The notes below the pieces were generated by a model that made no database searches, was not told where the DNA came from, and worked only from the letters and a program-made list of their open reading frames with translations. A stretch of DNA of 64,000 nt from Chloroflexota bacterium (GTDB lineage: Bacteria; Chloroflexota; JAJPGV01), in contig JAJPGV010000056.1 of the NCBI GenBank assembly GCA_021325635.1, positions 67,037-131,036 on the forward strand, given 5' to 3'. Within the stretch, counting starts at the first letter, position 1. The number at the start of each line of letters is the position of its first letter. Shown here in pieces: positions 59,760-64,000 of this stretch. The position numbers and the translations under genes are program-made.

Positions 59760-60469
59760 GCTGAGACCTTCCTTTCTTCAAGAGGCGATGCGGCTGTGGT
59801 TGCGTCCGGACGCCTGGCCTGCACGACCAGCGCGGTCGGGTCGCCGTGCTCCAGCCGGGCCCGTTCCAGACCGGCCACGTCGGCGTTGAAGCAGGCGTGA
59901 AAGAGATCGAGCAGCTCGTCGCCGGTCAGCTGCCGGGCGCTCAGCCCGCAGCGAGCCAGCTGCCGCGTGATCTCTTCGCAGCGGAAGCCCAGCTGTTTGC
60001 GCGCGGCCTCCTCCGCCTCTTCGTCCAGCCGAAGCCGGCGCTTTCGTCCAAACGGCCACCAGCCAAGCTGTCGCGCAGGGGCGTCGGCCGGCACGACGCA
60101 GTAGAAGTCGCGGTCGAGCAGGGTGCGCTGGCTGGCTTTGCGGTGCAGGTAGGCGGCGGTATTGTGCGCGACCTCAGCCAGCGCCGGCGGAAGATCGAAG
60201 CGAGCCCGCCGATCCAGCCGAGCGAGGTAGCCGTCGATGTCGACCGGCAGCACCCGGATCAGGGTCTGGGTGGGATAGGTCAGGGTGTTGAGAAACCCGG
60301 CGTAGCCCGCCAACAGCGCTTCCTGGCCCGTCTCGCCACGCAGCCCGAGACTGACGCTGCTGACTGCCAGCACCGATCGGAGCTGCCCGGTCGTCAGGCG
60401 GACCACGCCGCCGTTGATGTCGTCGAGCCGGACGTGGACTTCCTGGACGGAAGCGAACCGGCGGCTCAC
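59756..60469 (-). CDS. Hypothetical conjugation-associated protein (between the PrgI-like and virB4 genes)
   Basis: ~237 aa from an internal GTG (V81) that overlaps the PrgI-like stop; stop overlaps the virB4 start (ATGA); no TM segments; no family recognised. Confidence 0.4.
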   Translation of the reverse strand: MSRRFASVQEVHVRLDDINGGVVRLTTGQLRSVLAVSSVSLGLRGETGQEALLAGYAGFLNTLTYPTQTLIRVLPVDIDGYLARLDRRARFDLPPALAEVAHNTAAYLHRKASQRTLLDRDFYCVVPADAPARQLGWWPFGRKRRLRLDEEAEEAARKQLGFRCEEITRQLARCGLSARQLTGDELLDLFHACFNADVAGLERARLEHGDPTALVVQARRPDATTAASPLEERKVSA

Positions 60470-60843
60470 TTCTTCCCCTTCTTCCACGACAGACGGGGCG
60501 TCATCTCCTTCCAGGCGCTGCCCAGCAGCCGCCAGGCCGCCACGGTCGGCCGGCGGGGCCGCCAGACGGCGATGTGCGGAATGAAGCGCGAGCGCAGGAA
60601 GACGATCGCCCACTCGTCCAGGCCGCGGTCGCCCGGTCGAATGAGCGCCATCGCCACGGCCCCGATGATGTTGACGACAACCAGCAGCACGCGGACGGTT
60701 GCTGGCCATCCTGGAAACTGCATCCAGCCGGCGTAGGCACCGGCAAGACCGCTGACGAGATACATGAACTGGCGGACGGACAGCCCGAAGAAGGCCTTAT
60801 CCGCAACGTTCAGGTGGGTTGGGATTTCGTGTCGAAGCGACAT
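60466..60843 (-). CDS. PrgI-family (VirB3-like) small membrane protein
   Basis: 125 aa; KAFFGLSVRQFMYLVSGLAGAYAGWM then a second TM helix; position directly upstream of VirB4 as in Gram-positive T4SS. Confidence 0.55.
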   Translation of the reverse strand: MSLRHEIPTHLNVADKAFFGLSVRQFMYLVSGLAGAYAGWMQFPGWPATVRVLLVVVNIIGAVAMALIRPGDRGLDEWAIVFLRSRFIPHIAVWRPRRPTVAAWRLLGSAWKEMTPRLSWKKGKK

Positions 60844-60852
60844 GACCGACCC

Positions 60853-61089
60853 TTACGCCCCACCGATGGCATTGCGCACCATGCCGGCGATGATTCGGGC
60901 GGAAAAGACGATGACCAGTCCGGCCAGCGCGCTCTGCATGGCCGTCTTGCCGCGCTCCATCTGGTGCGGGCTGTCCGCCGCCGCCATATAGAGGTAGGCG
61001 CCCCACATCAGGAAGAAGGCGCCGATGGTGGCGCCTACGCCGGTGCCGATGTTCAACAGGTTGGTGAACAGGGTGTTGATGGCATCCAT
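60853..61089 (-). CDS. VirB2/TrbC-like pilin-type small membrane protein
   Basis: 78 aa, two hydrophobic helices separated by a short polar loop (IGTGVGATIGAFFLMWGAYLYM ... LAGLVIVFSARIIAGMV). Confidence 0.45.
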   Translation of the reverse strand: MDAINTLFTNLLNIGTGVGATIGAFFLMWGAYLYMAAADSPHQMERGKTAMQSALAGLVIVFSARIIAGMVRNAIGGA

Positions 61090-61191
61090 GTCGAAAGACC
61101 TCCTTTCAAGAGCCCTCTGAAAACTGCGTGTGTCTGTTCGGGTTTCGCGGAGCGCCGCCGAATTGCGGCGGGCCGCGACGCACTTCGAGGG

Positions 61192-62103
61192 TCATGTGCG
61201 CACCCGCCCGCCACCGGCGTAGTGCTCGAGCCAGTAACCGCTGAAGACCGGCATCTCGCGCACGACGTCACCCTCCGCCGGGGCATTGATCATTCGGCCG
61301 CCGCCGACGTAGATGCCGACGTGGGTGATCCGATCCAGGCTGAAGTAGGTGCTCTGAAAGAACACCAGGTCGCCGGGCCGTAGATCCGCCTGGTCGACCC
61401 GCAGCGTGGCGTCAAACTGCTGCTGGGCGGTCCGTGGCAGGCCGAAGCCGAGCTGGCGGTAGACCCACTGCACCAGGCCGCTGCAGTCGAATCCGCCGAA
61501 CAGGCTGGCGCCGCCCCAGACGTAGGGCCGGCCAATCTGCGCCCGGGCCAGCTCGACGGCTTCGGCCGGACGAGCGCCAGGCGTGACGTAGCCGTAGCGA
61601 ATGGCCACGGCCAGCACCTCGTTGACGTACCAGTTGGCGTGGTTGTAGGCGTACAGCGCGGCTGGCAGGTTCTGGGGGCCACCGTTGGCGCACAGATAGC
61701 GCGCCATGGCCGGCAGGGCGTCGTGATAGTCGTAGGGGTCGCCGCCGGCGCCGTACGCGGCCCAGCTCGACGGCAGGAACTGCCCGTAGCCGATGGCTCC
61801 GGCGCTGGACGTGGCCATGTTGCGGCCGAAGTCGCTCTCGACCTTGGCCACGCCGGCCAGCGCCTGCCAAGGCAGCCCGCAGCTCGCCGCAGACGACTGC
61901 ATCACGGCCAGCTGATCGGGTGGAACGACGTCCACGCTGGCCACCGAGATCGGCTGGCCCGGCGCGAGCAGGGTCAGCGCCGTCATAAAGGTGCTGATGG
62001 CGAAGGCCAGCGCCAACAGGACCGCCAGCAGCAGCCCGGCGCCGACTTTCAGGGCGTCACGACCCAGGCCGGAGAGGGCCAGGGCGAGCAGCGGCTGTCC
62101 CAT
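61192..62103 (-). CDS. CwlT-like bifunctional cell-wall hydrolase (lytic transglycosylase SLT domain + NlpC/P60 peptidase)
   Basis: Start M195 of the track ORF (TGATG overlap with the upstream gene); N-terminal TM anchor; SLT motif VAKVESDFG...AIGYGQF; NlpC/P60 motif DCSGLVQWVY...HVGIYVGGGRMINAP. Confidence 0.8.
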   Translation of the reverse strand: MGQPLLALALSGLGRDALKVGAGLLLAVLLALAFAISTFMTALTLLAPGQPISVASVDVVPPDQLAVMQSSAASCGLPWQALAGVAKVESDFGRNMATSSAGAIGYGQFLPSSWAAYGAGGDPYDYHDALPAMARYLCANGGPQNLPAALYAYNHANWYVNEVLAVAIRYGYVTPGARPAEAVELARAQIGRPYVWGGASLFGGFDCSGLVQWVYRQLGFGLPRTAQQQFDATLRVDQADLRPGDLVFFQSTYFSLDRITHVGIYVGGGRMINAPAEGDVVREMPVFSGYWLEHYAGGGRVRT

Positions 62104-63230
62104 CACAGCACCGCCGCCGCGCCGGCCGCCGCCAGGGGGGGCGATGAGGCCGCTGCGCTGCCGCCCGCCGCAGCGCCAGATGCAGCCGCGCCCGACGAAG
62201 AAGAGCCACCGCGGGACTCGAGGAAGTGGGCGCCCTGGCGGAACGCCACGTACCGCCCAAAGCCGAAGCCACCCCCGCTGTGCTCGTGCATGATGCCTGG
62301 AATCCGGAGCGTCTGAGTGACGACGGCGATGCCGAGGAACACCGCCAGCAGGGCGGCGTCGGCAAACATTGGCGCCAGCTCGGTCATGAGTGAGGCGCCC
62401 AGCTTGAGAGCCAGCACCTGCACGAACTGGACGAACACCGCGCCGGTGAACGTGCCCCACCACAGCCGCGCCCAGGACTCGGTCTGGGGCAGCACCCAGC
62501 ACAGCAGGCCTATCGGCGCGGCGACGATGAAGATGTCGATCAGCGCCAGACGCATCAGCATCTGCAGCAGCAGAATCAGCCCGGCGACGATGTAGACAAG
62601 CGCCGCCAGGACGTTGGCCAGCGCCTGGCTGGCGGTGTCGGCCTGCTGCCAGGCTGGCAGGCTGGCCTGGCCAACCGCGCCGCACAGCGCGTTGTTGAGG
62701 TCAATAAGCAGTCGCACCCACCAGCTGCTGGTGTTGACCAGCAGAGCCCCGAGAAAATAGCGGGGCAGCATCTCCATGACGTCGTGGTAGGTCGAGCCCA
62801 GATGCTGCCGGACGATGACGTTCAGCCCACCCCACAGCGCTACCAGTGCCAGCGCGGCGTTGGCGATGTTCCGAACGGTGCCCCACAGTGACTGGACCGT
62901 TGGACTGTCGTAGGTCCCAGCCGGCGGCGTCTGGCTGATGAAGTTGAGCGAGCTGGCCAGCACCGAGTTGATGACCGACCGCAATCCGTTGGTCAGGCCC
63001 TGCATGGTGGTCACGAGGACCTGGCTGAAGACGTCGTCGGCCCACTGGCGCGGATCTGGCAGCAGGCCCTGCAGACCGCCGTTGGCGTCCGGAGCCGGAT
63101 TACCGGCCGGACCACTGCTCGCCGCTGGCTGCGCGACGGTTGGTTCGGCCGCGTAGGCCGGGGTTCCGCACCACACGCCCGCCACGACGACCAGCGCCAC
63201 CAGCGCGGCTGTCAGGCGCGCCCTGGTCAT
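62103..63230 (-). CDS. VirB6/TrbL-like polytopic membrane protein
   Basis: 375 aa; signal peptide (MTRARLTAALVALVVVAGVWCGTPAYAAEP), ~6 TM helices, Gly/Ala/Ser-rich C-terminal tail; synteny with the T4SS genes. Confidence 0.5.
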   Translation of the reverse strand: MTRARLTAALVALVVVAGVWCGTPAYAAEPTVAQPAASSGPAGNPAPDANGGLQGLLPDPRQWADDVFSQVLVTTMQGLTNGLRSVINSVLASSLNFISQTPPAGTYDSPTVQSLWGTVRNIANAALALVALWGGLNVIVRQHLGSTYHDVMEMLPRYFLGALLVNTSSWWVRLLIDLNNALCGAVGQASLPAWQQADTASQALANVLAALVYIVAGLILLLQMLMRLALIDIFIVAAPIGLLCWVLPQTESWARLWWGTFTGAVFVQFVQVLALKLGASLMTELAPMFADAALLAVFLGIAVVTQTLRIPGIMHEHSGGGFGFGRYVAFRQGAHFLESRGGSSSSGAAASGAAAGGSAAASSPPLAAAGAAAVL

Positions 63231-64000
63231 TGCGGGCCACCCGGGCTGAACCGCACCAGCCAGTAATTCAGCTGACTGTCGGCCAGCTGCGAAGAGTCGC
63301 GCAACGCTATGAGCGCTGCGCTGCGGTCTGCGTCCCAGCGGACACCGGCAAGCTGACCGGTCAGCGGCATCGTTGCCAGCGGTTGCAGCGGGCCGGACGA
63401 GCCCAGGACGTAGGCGGCCACGCCCGGTCCTTTGCGAGGCTTGCCCAGAACCACCAGGCTGCCGTCGTCGCGCCAGGTCGGGTCCTGCGCGTCGAATACG
63501 GTCACCTGCTGACTGCTGGTGGCGTCGGGGTCCGTCGTGAACAGGGCGGTATGGGCCTGCCCGCCGAACAGCCGATCGACCTGGTTGAGTGCGATGAGAC
63601 CGGGTCCGGAATAGGCGACGCGGCCGCCGTCCGCCGTCCAGGCCACCGGGGCGAAGAGGGTCGAAGAGCCGGCGTCACCAGCGAGATCGGTCACATTGCG
63701 CAGACGGCCGGAAGCCGTATCGAGCAGGCACAGCGAAGCCACGGAGCCGCTCTTGACCAGGAAGGCCACCCGACTCGACGATCCCCAGACGTAGCTACCG
63801 GGGATGACCTGAGAGGGCAGGGCCGCGAGCTCCCTCGGCTCACCCCCGTCGACGGGCACCCACAGCAGCCGCGTCCTGGTGCCCCCACCATCGGTGAGCT
63901 GGCGCTGGCTCGCGACGAGCAGGTGGGTGCCGTTCGGCGCCCAGCTGATGTCGGCGATCTGTTCCGGCTGGCCGTTATCCGAGCCGGATGAGACTGGGCG
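63227..64000 (-). CDS. WD40-like beta-propeller (TolB/PD40-repeat) protein, C-terminal part; the gene continues past the window end
   Basis: Repeated PD40-like units (DISWAPNGTHLLVAS..., VAWTADGGRVAYSG..., DPTWRDDGSLVVLG...); in-frame coding continues to position 64000; stop overlaps the VirB6-like start. Confidence 0.55.
   Translation of the reverse strand, partial: RPVSSGSDNGQPEQIADISWAPNGTHLLVASQRQLTDGGGTRTRLLWVPVDGGEPRELAALPSQVIPGSYVWGSSSRVAFLVKSGSVASLCLLDTASGRLRNVTDLAGDAGSSTLFAPVAWTADGGRVAYSGPGLIALNQVDRLFGGQAHTALFTTDPDATSSQQVTVFDAQDPTWRDDGSLVVLGKPRKGPGVAAYVLGSSGPLQPLATMPLTGQLAGVRWDADRSAALIALRDSSQLADSQLNYWLVRFSPGGPQ

Larger units (their letters stand above)
49906..64000. mobile_element. 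Integrative and conjugative element (ICE), left/int end and ~12 kb of the transfer module; continues beyond the window
   Basis: Contiguous, same-strand, tightly overlapping genes: tyrosine integrase, excisionase, Replic_Relax protein, VirD4-type coupling ATPase, CHC2-TOPRIM primase, VirB4 ATPase, PrgI/VirB3-like, VirB2-like, CwlT-like bifunctional hydrolase, VirB6-like protein, beta-propeller protein; higBA at the integrase-proximal border. The exact att boundary was not determined. Confidence 0.75.

Overview
High-GC (~68-70%) chromosomal window, most consistent with an actinobacterial or Chloroflexi-type genome; the organism cannot be named from sequence alone. Most coordinates are taken from the supplied ORF track with start sites adjusted by reading the translations. 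Where positions were counted by hand from the raw sequence lines they may be off by a few bases.

Core content:
- 1-3.9 kb: partial pnp, rpsO, a PIG-L/LmbE deacetylase and thiE.
- 4.0-9.6 kb: a respiratory supercluster. coxB (with a fused cytochrome c domain), coxA, coxC and a small subunit IV candidate are followed by a Rieske protein and a cytochrome b carrying a C-terminal cytochrome c domain.
- 10.3 kb: a tRNA-Glu(CUC) followed by about 390 bp of structured and microsatellite-rich non-coding DNA.
- 10.8-13.2 kb: a GerMN lipoprotein and a LysM amidase.
- 14-21 kb: small regulators (CheY-like receivers, TetR, PadR, ArsR) and transporters (an APC permease and Amt).
- 22-24.5 kb: an intact IS21-family element (istA/istB) inserted immediately upstream of amt.
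- 26-29.5 kb: a CPA2 antiporter with a KhtT-like TrkA-C partner, and the NRAMP transporter MntH.
- 30-33.4 kb: a patch of small Cys-rich and HTH ORFs, including a frameshifted Xis/MerR-like HTH gene.
- 34-37.7 kb: sdhCAB of the Rv0249c-Rv0247c type.
- 39-46.5 kb: a six-gene group-4 (energy-converting, Hyf/Hyc-like) [NiFe]-hydrogenase operon with a fused HycF-HycG subunit.
- 49.9-64 kb: higBA plus tyrosine integrase and excisionase, then the start of an integrative conjugative element. It has a Gram-positive-style type IV secretion module (Replic_Relax protein, VirD4 coupling ATPase, CHC2-TOPRIM primase, VirB4, a PrgI/VirB3-like protein, a VirB2-like pilin, a CwlT-like SLT+NlpC/P60 hydrolase, a VirB6-like protein and a beta-propeller protein) running off the window end.

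No CRISPR array or rRNA was seen. I could not point to one clearly novel system. The items I would look at again are, in order, the ICE and its unassigned genes, the atypical hydrogenase, and the small-ORF and remnant regions beside the IS21 element and the tRNA.
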